Positions 37,590 through 50,864 of a stretch of 64,000 nt of DNA are shown here, piece after piece. The stretch lies in NCBI RefSeq assembly GCF_963921235.1, contig NC_086097.1, forward strand, positions 36,582,001 to 36,646,000. The letters run 5' to 3'. A program made the translations under genes and the position numbers. A model generated the notes under the pieces. It worked only from the letters and a program-made list of their open reading frames with translations, was not told the DNA's origin and ran no database searches. Source of the DNA: Mobula hypostoma (taxonomy: Eukaryota). Each line of letters starts with the position of its first letter. Within the stretch, counting starts at the first letter, position 1.

Positions 37590-39910
37590 AAATGTTGCCC
37601 TGTTAAGAGTGGCTGTGACATAGAGATACTGGTCATCAAGTTGGCAGGATGCGACCTGTGGTATTCTGCAAAAATCTTTTAGGCTGTGTTACTAATGAGC
37701 AGCTCAGAGGAAAGCCAGATATGCATGTTTACCAGTACCTCAAGCTTAAGCAGCATTACAAACAGACTGAATGAAAAGATTAGATTAACAGACAAAAGAA
37801 ATGAACTATGGCAAACAGATCCAAAAGAATGATAAAGACTAGAAAGAGTGGAGTATACGAATCCTTACTTTATCAAGTCCACAGAAGCATGAGCAAAAAT
37901 GTAAAGATACACAAATACTTATAAGAACCAGAACACAAGGCATCAGAAAATGCTGCAATTATACAAATCCCTCTTAATCTAAATCTCAACCACTCAGTAA
38001 AGACTACTCAGAAAGGATATACTGACCTTGGATGAAATGCAGTATAGTTCAAAAGTATAAATTCTAAGGGGAGACTATAGAACCAGGGTAGTAAATTCTG
38101 GAATTTGACAGGTTAACAAATAGTTTCTAACAAACTGATAGAGTAGTAGAAGAGAAATACCTCCACTGGAAGTGGAATCTCATTGGGGCTACAGACTAAA
38201 ATTAAAGAGCTAGGACTCTTATTAAGGTTCAAAAACACTTCTAAGCTTAAAGACGGAGACTGGAATCCTTTCCCGCAAAGGCAACTGGTAGCAGGTTAAT
38301 TGACAATTTTAAATCTCACATTTACAGATTTTTCAAAATCAAAGTTATCAAAGGGTGCAGAGGTTAGGCTCATATATGGACTTCAGTCATAGGTCATCTA
38401 TATCATCACTGAATGGCACAATATTCTTGCGAAGCTGAATGACTCACGTGTTTCTAAGATCCTCAGTAACAACGGAGGGAATTTCCTCAGAAACACAACT
38501 AAATCTACCTACCTCTTCTCCATCCTCAAAGTCAAAGGGAGCAAATGAGGGAAGTCAGTATCAAGTTAGCAGGTTTTCGTGGCTCTGAATATAATGGGAC
38601 CTCCGTTTTTGAGATATATGTCAATGATTGGATGAAAGATGGGTGGATTAGCAAGTTTGTGGATGACACGAAGATTGGTGGAGTTATGGATAATGTTTGT
38701 ATTATGGACTATCAAAGAATGCTGTAGAATATAGATCAGTTATGGATATGGGTGGCGAAGAAGAAATGTAGTTTAATCAAAGCAAGAGTGAGGTGTTGCA
38801 CAGTGAGAGGTCAAACTAAAGGAGAAAGAATAGATAGACTCCCTCAATAGCACTGAATTTCAGGGGGACCTTGGGGTTCAGTTCCATTGATCACTGAAAG
38901 GGCTGTGCAAGTGGTTAAGGTGATAACGAAGGCAAAGGGCATGTTTACCTTCATTGCTAGGACTCAAGTGTAAAAGTTAGGAAGTTATGCTGCAGCCATA
39001 TAAAACTCAGGCCACACGGAGTATTGTGTGTAGTTCTGGTTGCTGCCATTATGGGAAGGATGTGAAGACTGTGGAGAGGGTACAGAAGAGATTTACCAGG
39101 ATGCTGCCTGGATTAGTGTGTGTGAGCAATAAGGAGAGATTGGACAAACTTAGGTTCTTCTCCCTAGAACATTGAAGGCTGAGAAGAGATATGATAGAAG
39201 TTTATAAAATTATGAGAGGTGTAGATAGGGAGACAATCAGAATCTTTTCTTCAAGGTAGAAATGGCAAATGCTAGAGGACATACTCTTAATGTTAGAAGG
39301 GTGGGAAGTTTAAAGACGACACGAGTGACAAGTATTTTTCACACAAATTGGTAGATACCTGGAACGGTTCACCAGGGGAAAAGTGGAATCAAGCAGTTTG
39401 GTCGATTTTAAGGGTCTTTTAGACAGACACATGAATATGAAGGGAATGGGGGAGATGCATGATAGACAGGAGCAGAACAATTAGTATAAATTAGCTTATT
39501 GGCACAACATTTGTGGGCTGGTTGGCCTGTCCAGTGCCATACTGTTTGAGGTAACTCTCAAGATTCTGCAGTGGATGGACAGATTAGATGCTGAGTGAAT
39601 TCCTTTTGTGGTAGTACAGAATTAGGGGTTATTGTCCCAGAATGAGGAGACAACCTTTGGAGGTGTGGAAGAAATTCTTGAACCAGTGGAAGATGAATAT
39701 TTGGAATTCTCTGAACCTGAGAACTGTAGAAGCTCAATCACTAAGCAGGTTCAAGGAAAAACAAGTTTTTCGTGTATTGGGGATCAACAAGTCATGGGCA
39801 CAGACAGGAAAGTAAAATTGGAAGCAGGATCTATTTAATATGAACTCATTGAACAGTGTAGCAAGCTCAGACAAATACTTGGCTGCTCCTGCTCCAATAT
39901 CAATCCAGGT
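37590..39910 (+). mobile_element. Cluster of old CR1 remnants; the best preserved is ~38590-39545
   Basis: ISKFVDDTKIGG, VERVQKRFTRMLPGL...ERLDKL; more decayed CR1 tails on both sides. Confidence 0.75.
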
Positions 39911-40469
39911 CCCTAATATTCTTTATTTAAATAATTATGCAAGAATGTTTTTTGTTTTCATTTGTAATTTTGATTATTTTTCAGATTTTTTAAAATTATG
40001 TTTTAACAGTTTCAGAAAGTTTCTGAGAAACATGTGACACCATTCCCAGTAGTTTGACAGCATTAGCAAGTTTGGAACACCAGATTCAGTGACCCCCAAA
40101 GTTTACTCTCTTGTATCACTCTGGTTTCCCAACCTATATGGCACTTTGTCACAACGGCTGCATCTCCAGGCCTGCTGCACCTGTGCCGACATTTCCCTCC
40201 AAACTCAAGCCAATGCAGAGCCATCAAATTCTTTGTCAGTGAACCCCTCAGGTTACCTGTAAAATACTCACCAACTCTTCCTTCCCATATGCACCTCACC
40301 ATTTTGCCTGCAGAACCCTAAGTTGCAAATCCTCTGCTATCTGGAGATTTTCAAGGGAGACTCGTTCCATTAGGATAGATACAAGAAATTTCCAGTTGCA
40401 TAGAATGAGATTCTAAAATGTACACTCTGGTGGTCCACCCTTTGTACTACTGTTTTGTTTCTTGAACTA

Positions 40470-40733
<264 letters not shown>

Positions 40734-40984
40734 TCAAAATCAGGTAAGATGTTTCCATTCTGATATAGCGCTGCCATTTTAGAACCATGGGTTGGAAAGA
40801 TCAGTACTTTCAATCTAAGCAAACCCTCTATTTTTGACAAATGGTCTATTTAGATGCATAGAAAGGCAGCTTCAATCAAAAAGTTTTAAACTTTAGCCTG
40901 GTCTTGCAGTTGACCCATTCCACATAAATGGTCTTTTTCCAAGATCAGTTATTGGAATACTCATTATCGTTTTCCCTTAAAGGG

Positions 40985-41575
40985 ATAAAGATAGATTAAG
41001 ATTAGTTTTGTTACATGTACATCGAAACATACAGTGAACTGTATCATTTGTGTCAAATCAAATCAGCGAGGACTGTACTGGGCAGCCTGCAAGTATCACC
41101 TCCACAGCCTGCCCACAACTCAGACACCCCAACCCATACGTCTTTAGAATGTGGAGAGAAACCAGAGAATTCAGAGAAAACCCACGAGGTCACGGGGAGA
41201 AAAACTCCTTACAGACAGCAGCAGGAATCAAACCCCCATCTCACGGCTGGCTGCTGTAAGTCTATGGGCTGAACTGCTGCTCTGCTGTGCTGCCCCCTAC
41301 AGACCAAATGCTGCAGTTCAGCTGTCACCTTGGCTGAAATCACTGGGCCCTCTCATATACCTATCATTGTGAACCCCCATGATGCTTTTGCCACTAAGTT
41401 ATACTACAGGGTAAATTACTGTAGCCAATTAACCAATAACATGCCACTGGATGTGGGAGGAAACTGGAGCACCCAGTGAAAGTTCACAGATCACAGGAAG
41501 AACATGCAATCTCCAGACTAGGAGCATGAAGGATCAGTGAGGCAGCAGCAGGAACTGCTGCACTTCTGCGCCCCT
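40985..41575 (-). mobile_element. Two V-SINE-like SINE remnants
   Basis: GTCTTTAGAATGTGGAGAGAAACCAGAG and GATGTGGGAGGAAACTGGAGCACCC cores. Confidence 0.55.
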
Positions 41576-42199
41576 TCAACTCAACTCAATGCCTATTAGG
41601 GAGGAGGTTTAACTTCAATACAGCCCAGATCAATAAACAAACCCAAACACCAGGCTTCATCACTTCTGGACTTTTATACTCAAAAGGACTCCATGATACC
41701 CAGCTGGGGAAAGCAAAGAGATACATGAAGACTATCTCGGCAGAAAGACTATAAAACTGCACGTGGTTAAATAAATCTCCGTGATTTGCAGTCCTTAGGT
41801 ATGTACATATTTTCTCTTCCCAGTGCCAAAAGTGACTTCTATTTTAGGAGTTTTACACATCATTCCTGAATGATTGGTGACAGGAGATAGTGTTTGACCT
41901 TTCTTAATCCCAGGTTTAAAATATTATTTTGTATAAGGAGAAAAAGGTCAAATTCACTGGGAATCTGCACGCTTCTCTCACATTAGTGCAGGAAAGACAT
42001 CTGAATTATTTTATGCATAATAGGTCTGCCCATGAATAATGGAGAATCTACATTTAAGGTTGCAGTCTGTCTGTCGTTATCTATCAAACAAAGCTGACAG
42101 CAGCTTACTGTGTTGCAGTTTGCTGCACTGCACTATGGGCAATAAAACATATCTCACCTTATGCATTTTTCTTGTTTTTCAATGTAGAGTGTAACTTAC

Positions 42200-42346
42200 C
42201 TTCCCAAAGCTGCCTTTGCCTAGAACACTGATGAAGGTGAAATCGTCGATGCTTAGTTTGCGTTGCACTTGCTGGCTTTCCTTGTCGTTGCCATCAGGTG
42301 TGTCACCCGGGGCCTGGTTGTCCTTGTGGTTTTTATGACTCTGCCT
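42200..42346 (-). CDS. PRKCH: PKC exon: hinge and Gly-rich ATP-binding loop
   Basis: (RQ)SHKNHKDNQAPGDTPDGNDKESQQVQRKLSIDDFTFISVLGKGSFGK, donor AAG|GTAAGT. The acceptor is ambiguous between AAG (exon edge 42346) and CAG (exon edge 42340); both are in frame. Confidence 0.88.
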
Positions 42347-42439
42347 CTTTTTCAAGTAAAAGAACGTGAAGAAAATTAATGCAGGATTCAGGAATGTAAC
42401 AGTTAACACCAGCTAATAAATAACCTGTTTATTGTAACA

Positions 42440-42780
42440 ACTGTTCAGAATTTCTCAAGTAGCACACACAAAAAGCTGGAGGAACTCAGTGGGTCAGGGG
42501 TCAGACAACATCTATAGAGGAAAATGAAGTGTCACGTTTTGGGCTGAGACCGTCCATTAGGACTGGAAAGGGAAGGTGCAGAAACCAGAATAAGAAGGTG
42601 GGGAGAAGGGAATAAGTACAAGCTGGCAGATGACAGGTGTGACTGGGTGAGGGGGAAGATGAGTGGATGGGTGAGAGGGGGTGGTGATATCAGAAACTGG
42701 GAGGCGATTCATTTTGCATGTGTAGTCCCTGATTTCCAGCATCTCCAGAATCTCTTGTGCCCAGAAATTCTCTGTGTGAT
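42440..42780. mobile_element. Penelope-derived repeat with inverted ends
   Basis: CACACACAAAAAGCTGGAGGAACTCAG, a decayed hammerhead at 42530-42568, and GATTTCCAGCATCTCCAGAATCTCTTGTG. Confidence 0.6.
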
Positions 42781-42849
42781 GCAAGGTTTTTATACACAAC
42801 ACTAACAAATATTTTCATTTCAGAGTAACTGCAATTAGAAAGAAAGCAC

Positions 42850-43505
42850 GGCATCACATCTACTCTTTAGAAGTCTGTGAAGATTTGGCATGACTTCTAA
42901 AACTTTGACAAACTTCAATAGATGTGTGGTGGATAGTATATTGACTGGCTACATAAAAGCCTGGTTTGGAAACACCAAGCCCTTGAACGGAAAATCCTAC
43001 AAAAAGTAGTGGATACAGCCTGGTCCGTCACGGGTAAGGGCCTCCCCATCATTGAGTACATCAACATGAAACACTGTCGCAGGAAATCAGCATCCATCAT
43101 AAGAGACACCCACCACCCAGGGTGTGTTCTTTTCTCGCCGCTGCCTTCAGGAAAAGGGTACAGGAGCCCCAGGACTCACACCACCAGTTTCAGGAGCAGT
43201 TACTAGCCCACAACCACCAGGCTCTTGAACCAAAGAGGATAACTTCACTCAACTTCACTTGCTTCATCACTGAACTGCTCCCGTAAGCTATGGACACGCT
43301 ATCTCATGTTCTCAATATACATTGCTTGCTTGCTTGTTTGTTTATTTATTGTTTCATTTTTTTCTTTCTCTTTCTATTTGCACAGCACAGTTTTTTGTCT
43401 TCTGCACACTGGTTGTCCGCCTTGTTCGTGTGGTCTTTCATTGATCTTTCATTTTTGGTTATTGTATTTATTGAGTACACCCGCAAGACAATGAATCTCA
43501 GGGCT
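42850..43505 (+). mobile_element. Rex1-like LINE 3' fragment
   Basis: HCRRKSASIIRDTHHPG..LFSPLPSGKGYRS; same family as 10370-11472. Confidence 0.8.
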
Positions 43506-43552
43506 TTAGTACAGGGGGAAAATTGACAGTTTGATTGCAACTGCTGTAATCC

Positions 43553-43912
43553 GAGTCAGAATCAAGTTCAATGTCACTGACATTTGTCATGAAATTTGTT
43601 GCTTTGAGGCAGCAGAACAGTGCAATACATAAAATACTTTAATTAACAATAATATATATAATTGAATAAGTAGTGAAAAAAGTGAGGTAGTGTTCATGGA
43701 AGAGTTCATTGTCCATTCAGAAATCTGATGGCGGAGGGACGAAACTGTTCCTGAAACATTTGAGTGTGATTCTTCAGGCTCCTGTACTTTCCCTCTGACA
43801 GAAGTAATAAAAAGTGAGAAGGGAATGGGTGATGGGGATCCTTCATGAAGGATGCCGCCTTTTCTAAGGCATGACTTTTTGAAGAGGTCCTTGGAAAGCC
43901 CACCATCAATAG
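43553..43912 (-). mobile_element. Rex1-like LINE 3' fragment
   Basis: KAASFMKDPHHP...LSEGKYRSLKNH...PSAIRFLNG. Confidence 0.7.
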
Positions 43913-43914
43913 TG

Positions 43915-44588
43915 AATAGACAATAGACAATAGACAGTAGGTGCAGGAGTAGGCCATTCGGCCCTTTGAGCCAGCACCGCCATTCACTGTGATCATGGCT
44001 GATCATCCACAATCCGTACCCCGTTCTTGCCTTCTCCCCATATCCCTTGACTCCGCTATCTTTAAGAGCTCTATCTAACTCTTTCTTGAAAGCATCCAGA
44101 GAATTGGCCTCCACTGCCTTCTGAGGCAGAGTATTCCACAGATCCACAACTCTCTGGGTGAAAAAGTTTTTCCTCAACTCCGTTCTAAATGGCCTATCCC
44201 TTATTCTCAAATTGTGGGTTCTGGTTCTGGACTCCCCCAACATCAGGAACATGATTCCGGCCTCTAGCACGTCCAATCCCTTAATAATCTTACATGTTTC
44301 AATCAGATCCCCACTCATCCTTCTAAATTCCAGTGTATACAGGCCCAGTCGCTCCAATCTTTCAACGTATGACAGTCCCGCCATACCGGGAATTAACCTC
44401 ATGCATCTCCGCTGCACTCCCTCAATAGCAAGAATATCCTTCCTCAAATTTGGGGACTAAAACTGTATGCAATACTCCAGGTGTGGTCTCACCAGAGCCC
44501 TGTACAACTGCAGAAGGACCTCTTTGCTCCCATACTCAACTCCCCTTGTTATGAAGGCCAGCATGCCGTTAGCTTTCTTCACTGCCTG
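43915..44588 (-). mobile_element. CR1 3' fragment, same subfamily as 24950-25637
   Basis: RKDILAIEGVQRR...GLSYVERLERLGLYTLEFRRM; (TCTATTG)n tail. Confidence 0.9.
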
Positions 44589-44794
44589 TGAGGAAACTGG
44601 AGGTCTGAATACCACAGCAGATGGGATTGTCAAACTCAATAGGGTTTTACCCTAGCTGTCAGATTAGTGTCGTTGGGAAAATAATGTAACTCAACAAAGA
44701 TTGCATCAGGACAAACGTATTAAAGTTTTCTCTATCCTGAGCCTGCCACTTATGCAATCACGAAAAAGGCAAGTCAGAAGCTATAATTCACTAG

Positions 44795-45272
44795 GAGTGT
44801 GAGGAGATCTGGCTTGTCACCAAAGACTCTAGAAATCTTCTACAAATGTACCGTGGAGATCATTGGGACTGGCTGCATCACTACTTGTCATGGAGATTCC
44901 AATGCACAGCATCTAAAGAGGCTACAGAGGCCGTAGACTCAGCCGACTCCATCAAAGGCCACTCGCCATCGAGGACATCTTCAGAAAGTGGTACCTCAAG
45001 AAAGCAGCCTCCATCATTAAGGATTTTTACCATCTGTGATATGCCCTCTTATTAATACCATTGGGGAAGAGGTATAGGAGCCTGAAGATACACACACTCA
45101 ACATTTTAGGAATAGCTTCTTCCCCTCCGCCATCAGATCTTTGATGAATCTAAGAACACTACCTCACTATTCCTCTTTTACACTATGTCTGTGTATATCT
45201 ATTTATTTATTACAAGCAATAGTAATTTGTCAGTCATATGTCAGCAATAATAAATCTAATTCTGGTTCTGAA
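44795..45272 (+). mobile_element. Rex1-like LINE 3' fragment
   Basis: AAAGCAGCCTCCATCATTAAGG...AGCTTCTTCCCCTCCGCCATCAG; tail AATAAATCTAATTCTGGTTCTG. Confidence 0.65.
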
Positions 45273-46841
45273 CAAGGGATTGGCTAGGAAAACATGGTTC
45301 AACTTGGCCTGAATGGTGCTCGATTGATGATCTGATCAGAAGTTGTTGTGGGATTTCCTTGGTGAGTGCAATGCAAGCTTTCATTGGACAGACAGGCATA
45401 CTTAGGAGGGAAAGGAGGAAAGAGTTCATCTCCAAGTGTGTTGCGATAGTTTTGATATCCTCTAACTCAGAGATACGTAGAAGGAGTCACTGAACTTATT
45501 CAAGGCAGAGCCAAACAATTAAACTACAAGGGAGTTAAGGAATTTGGAAAGAGCAGGAAAAGTTATTAAAGTCAAGACTGCTTCTATCATGATCTTACGA
45601 AATGACAGACCAATGTTGAGCACTAATTGTCCTGCTCCAATTACTTACATAAGTGATGATGTACACAGAATAACTATAGTTTTCTTACTGACTCAGGAGA
45701 ATTTAATACTAGAGGAGCAATATTTGTCAGGAATGGAAATTAGAATTAAAGTGGTTTAAGAAATACATTTATGTATTTTCAATGCCCGTTATCAACGGGC
45801 TAAAGCTTCCCAATTAAAATGTTAAGTGGGTTATTAAACTATATGAATTTCATCGAGTCAAAGGAAAATACAGCACAGAAGCAGGAGCTTCAGTCCATCT
45901 AGTCTGTGCTGAACCATTTAAACTGCCTAGACAATTCAACAGTAGTATCCACAGCTAATAGACTAATTTAATGGAGAAGGTAAATGACAAATGGAATTTA
46001 GTCCAAAGAAGTATAATGGACTCGCTTTGGAAAAGATAAAAGATACAAGAGAATACATGATGAATGATAAAAGAGTATGCATAATAAATGGGAGGAAGCA
46101 GGACAGGTGACAAAGGAGATCTTGGTATATATGTCCACAGATCCATGGGTCAGAGAGAAAAGTAAGAAAACTATATAGGATAATGCCATTTGTTGATCAT
46201 GACACAAACTATAAAGGCACAAGATCATAAAATTAGGTTATGACAACGTAGACTAGTTAGTCCACAACTATTAAGAACACCAGTCAATGTCTAGAGGACC
46301 ATGCACTGTTTTGGCCACCACACTGCAAGAGAGATAGATTAGACTGGAGAGGTTACACTGAAATTTACAAGGGAACTTCTTGGGCTGACAAATTTTGGGC
46401 AAAGAGGAGTGACTGCTGAAATGAATCATTTGCTGTAGGATAGATGCAGATGAGGGGGATAATTACCGAGGAGCTCGTCGAGGAATAAACAGGAAGCACC
46501 TATTTCCTTTAGCAGAGAGATCGAGAATCAAAAAGACTTTGACGATAATTAGTGGAAAGATGGGTTCCAGAAGTACTGAAACCAACTGGGCTATGAAAGA
46601 CAAGTTGACAAGTAGGATTTGGTGAATTAGTTCTCTTTTCATCACTATGGACTCAATGAGACAATGTGTTATATATTCCCATGATTGTACGAATCTATCT
46701 TCACCCCACTCCACTGCTGAGGAGAAACTTTCTGCGCACAGTTACTGCCGCCATGTGGGAAACACTCCAGCAAGCCCACAGTGTCGGCCATTAACGGATG
46801 CTGGTGCAAACAGCTTGACCGATTCTGAAACGTTCCCTTAC

Positions 46842-46981
46842 CGTCTGCCTCCTCTTCAGAGTAGCTATGCTGCCCGCACTGAGTCCCATTTCTGCCAGCT
46901 TCCTGGCGAGCTCCACAGAGTTCACTCCACAGCTGGGGGCCACGTTGTTCTCACAGCGAATGTGAATGTTCATTTTGCAAA
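46842..46981 (-). CDS. PRKCH: PKC exon: end of C1B and start of hinge
   Basis: (V)CKMNIHIRCENNVAPSCGVNSVELARKLAEMGLSAGSIATLKRRQT. Acceptor TTTTGACAG, donor ACG|GTAAGG; 140 bp. GVNSVELA.KLA.MGL is eta-like. Confidence 0.92.
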
Positions 46982-47424
46982 CTGTCAAAAGAAGAAAAAG
47001 TGATTCAGCGTCCAGTGGCACACACATCTTAACCAGTGCTGTCAGCAACCTGAGACCGCCAAATGCAAGTAAAACGCCCCTGTGGAATTCTACACACCTG
47101 GCACATCATGCAGCACATTCACTTTGAATTCCTGTTGGTAGTGTACGCAGTGAACAACACACCCTCTGACTCGCTGCATAAAAGGTATCAGCACAGCAGC
47201 CGAGGAACCTTACCCTGACAAAGCATCCATTAAGCCAATTAAAAAGACCACACTTTGCTCAGCATCTTTACTGACGGGTTGGAGTGAGGGGGCAAATGAC
47301 AAGATTTCTGGTATTTATGCAGTATTTTTCTTTGTTTCCATGCAATGGAGTTCTGAGATTTTGATTTTTATAACAGACTCAGCTTCTTGCAGTGACTCAG
47401 TAACTATGACGATATAACAGAAGA

Positions 47425-47780
47425 TAAACACAAGAGATTCTGCAGATGCTAGAAGTCCAAAGCAACACACACACAAAATGCTGAAGACCAGGCAACACCT
47501 ATGGAGGGGAATGAACAGTCGATGTTTTGGGCCGAGACTCTTCATCAGGACAGATGTGTGCGGCAGTCACCAGCTCTCATCGCTCTGCTCATCAGAAGGG
47601 GGAGAAAAGCCAGAATAAGAAGGCAGGGACGAAGCACCTCCCTCCTCCATCCACCCACTGTCCCCCTCAACTGGCTTCACCTATCACCTGCCAGTTTGTG
47701 TTCCTTCCCCTGTCCCACCTGATGAAGTGTCTTGGCCTGAGATGCTGATTGTTTATTCTCTCTATAGACGCTGGCTAACC
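47425..47780. mobile_element. Penelope-derived repeat with two opposed decayed hammerhead motifs
   Basis: Minus copy at ~47516-47552 (CTGATGAAGAGTCTCGGCCCAAAACATCGACTG) and plus copy at ~47719-47752. Confidence 0.65.
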
Positions 47781-48359
47781 AAAGCGATTGAATACCTGTT
47801 GGATTTGTGGAATGTAACTATGTGAAAAAAAGATGAGGGAAGTCAGATTAATGCTGCCTAAATAAATGCTCTTTTGAGCAGCATCACCTGACTAACATAG
47901 CATGAAGCCCATCGAACCTGCTTCCCCTCTAATGCCCATCAGAACGTGGAGGCACGCCCTCAGGTGTATGGTGTGTTGAACCAATGACTGTGTAGCAAAT
48001 GTTCAGCACTGCATTGTTTATATATTCTGACAGGGGTGTGCGCTTGTGGTAATAGAAAATATTTGCTGCTGCCTTCACCTTCATCGGCCATGGAAGTCAA
48101 GGGATCCAAAGGCCTAACATTTCCTCATGTACTAACCATCAATAAACAAAGCTGGCTTTTCCTCAATTAGCCTTCTGATTAAGAGAAGAGAAGCTATTAG
48201 TCAGTTGCATTTGCTCTTGTGCATTTACAAAGCATTGTCTAAAAAGTACAGTAAAGAAACTATTCAGTGTGATTTTAGTGGATATCCTTGGCCTGTTTAG
48301 ACATTACTGTGGTCAAGATATTTGTCTCACCTAATCCTAAACACGAATCACACAATATC

Positions 48360-48925
48360 CTGCCAGCACATCTGCTCCATCCGCCAAAAACTAAACTTCC
48401 CAAGGTGGCCAAACATTTCAATTCTGATTCCAGTTCCCCGTCCATGGCCTCCTCTTGTGCCACAATGAGGTCACCCTCGGGGTGGAAGAGGAACACCTTA
48501 TATTCCATCTGGGTACCCTCCAACCTGACAATATGAATATTGATTTCTCCTTCTGGTAAAAATATTTTTTCCTCCCTCTCCCCTCTTCTTCTATTCCCCA
48601 CTCTGGCCTCTTACCTCTTCTCACCTTCCCATCATTTCACCTGGGTCTCCTCCACCTTCCCTTTCTCCCATGCCTACTCTCCTCTCCTATCAGATTTCTT
48701 CCTCTCCAGCCCTTTAACTTTCCCTCCCACCTAGCTTCACCTATCACCTTCTAGAGAATCCTCTTTCCCCTCCCTCCCCATCTTTTCATTCTGAAGAAGG
48801 GTCTCAGCCTGAAATGTTGACTGTTTGTTCATTTCTGTGGATACTGCCTGACCTGCTGAGTTCCTCCAGCATTTTGTGTGTGTTGCTTTGGATTTCCAGC
48901 ATCTGCAGAAACTCTTGTGTTTATG
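48360..48925 (+). mobile_element. Old Penelope-like 3' fragment
   Basis: GGTGGCCAAACATTTCAATTC...GAACACCTTATATTCCATCTGGGTACCCTCCAACCTGA matches the GIY-YIG C-terminus; terminal repeat CTGAAGAAGGGTCTCAGCCTGAAATGTTGACTG. Confidence 0.8.
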
Positions 48926-49155
48926 ATTTGCTACATTTCTGCAGTTTCCAGTCTCCAGTCTCATTACCCCGTCACCCTCCACAGCACACTTGGTATTCCA
49001 TGTGTGTGACAGTCACTGGCTCTCATTGTTGTACTCATCCCCAAACACAAGGAGAGTGCATCATGAAGGCCTTCCGCCCACCCCTCTGATTGCTCTCTGC
49101 ACTAACTCTGCTAAGTTTCCTTTCCCCCAGGAGCTGAAGGAGAGGAGCCCATTAC

Positions 49156-49285
49156 CTTTACACTGTTTCCCTTGTCCCATTAGCCCATAGAGCAGAGAGC
49201 CACAATGGTCACAGAAAGTTGGCTTCTTGTAGTTGTGGACGTGGAACTGGTGACGCACATTGATGCTGAATCTTTGTTCACATAC
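49156..49285 (-). CDS. PRKCH: PKC exon: first part of C1B
   Basis: [43 protein letters not shown]. Acceptor CAGCAG, donor G|GTAATG; 130 bp. Confidence 0.93.
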
Positions 49286-50864
49286 CTGCTGAGTAGAATC
49301 ATCAATTAGCTAAGAAAGACATATGCAGACATAAACAAAGACAGAATCATTCCCTTCTGGTGCTGTTTGTAACTCATGATGTTATTATTTCTCTCAGTTT
49401 CCTTACCTTCGAAAGAGCTAACCTTCTAACCATTGGAATCACTCATCTGTGGCTGGAAGTCTCCACCACAGACAAGAAACAGGCAACATATTGCTGGCTA
49501 CCATTTCACACTATCTATCAGCGTGCCCGCAGGAAAAGCCCTTGGTTTCTTGGTCTTCTCTAGCTTACTTACAAATTAGAGCACTGAATAAGTCTGTTCC
49601 TCCCCAATCGGCCTCTTCAATCATCTTAAACATGGCTACTCAAATGAGGAGAAAAGTCAGACAAGAGTTTTGTTCAGCAGTGACAAGGGTCCCACAATTG
49701 CAAACACAGGCCCTGTATATACCAGGAGTCTGTAAACAATGCTCTGGGAACTCAGTAAACGGAAGGGTTTAGATATGGATTTTCCTATCTTCTGCCACCA
49801 GAGGGCACTTTTGCTTTATATATCAGACTGTTCCAGTGGCCGGCAAACTGGAAGCCAAACCATGGAGTAAGCAGAGCAATGATTGAGGATCAGAAAACCG
49901 TCAGCTACTCAACCAAAAATAAAGCCGTGACTCCTGTAAAGAATCCAGTTTGTCAAATGTAATTTTTGATGGGGAGAAAATTAGTTTGGTGTGGATTCCT
50001 ATCTGGTACAGAACATCTGGAACAGCTGCATTGTGTAGCTTGGCAGGCAGCGTATTTTTAGCTTTCAAATATTACAGGCCATGAATTAAACATGCCGTCA
50101 GTTACAGGGGTCCATTCTTTCAATGCTCATTGACATGTTAGATTGAAATCTGTGTCTGCCTTCTCCACACAGGCAATTCATTAAGTTCAAAGCTGTCTGT
50201 GCTGGTCTCCCAAGATTGTGACTAAGTAATTTTACACAGGAACACAAATCAATGGGTGAAGCTAACTCCTGGACACATCAGGGAGAAAGACCTGTCTGTA
50301 CAGCCCATCACTCCACATATCTTCGCATCCCAGAGAAACATCCCTTTCTGATGCACCTTTAATCATCTCAAAGTTTGTGATGGATATTCGCGTCCTGAGC
50401 CAGTTGGGCTCCGCTTGTTTTTGTTAAGTTTAGCTTTCTAAACACAACAGCTGCCATTTGTAAAGATAGAACAGTTGTAAATTAAACTTTCAACTATATT
50501 CTTTATTTAGCTTTTGGTCGTAAATGGGAGCCAGACTTCAATTCTTAAAATGTAAATGAAAAGTAGTAGTGAGTTTGAAAACATATCTTTACAACAAGCA
50601 CTCTTTATAGCAGACTTGTTGGTTCATAGCACCTGTCTAAATGCTGAAGAGGTGCAGTATACAACAATGGGTTATTTAATTTGGCTTGTTTCAACCAGAC
50701 AAAGTTGGCTAAGTTGCTTAGTCAAAGGAAGCTTGCAGACCAGATGAAGACAATCACTTACACATCAATAACTGTTCTATTGACAAATTGGAATATTTAT
50801 GTACTCAGGGAAGTTAGCTACATAGTATTAATTATGGGTACCTAGATCTGTACCTCCAAGAAGC

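Noticed and set aside
43587..44447. 286-aa ORF as a fusion gene
   Set aside because: Chance read-through from a CR1 3' end into an adjacent Rex1-like fragment.
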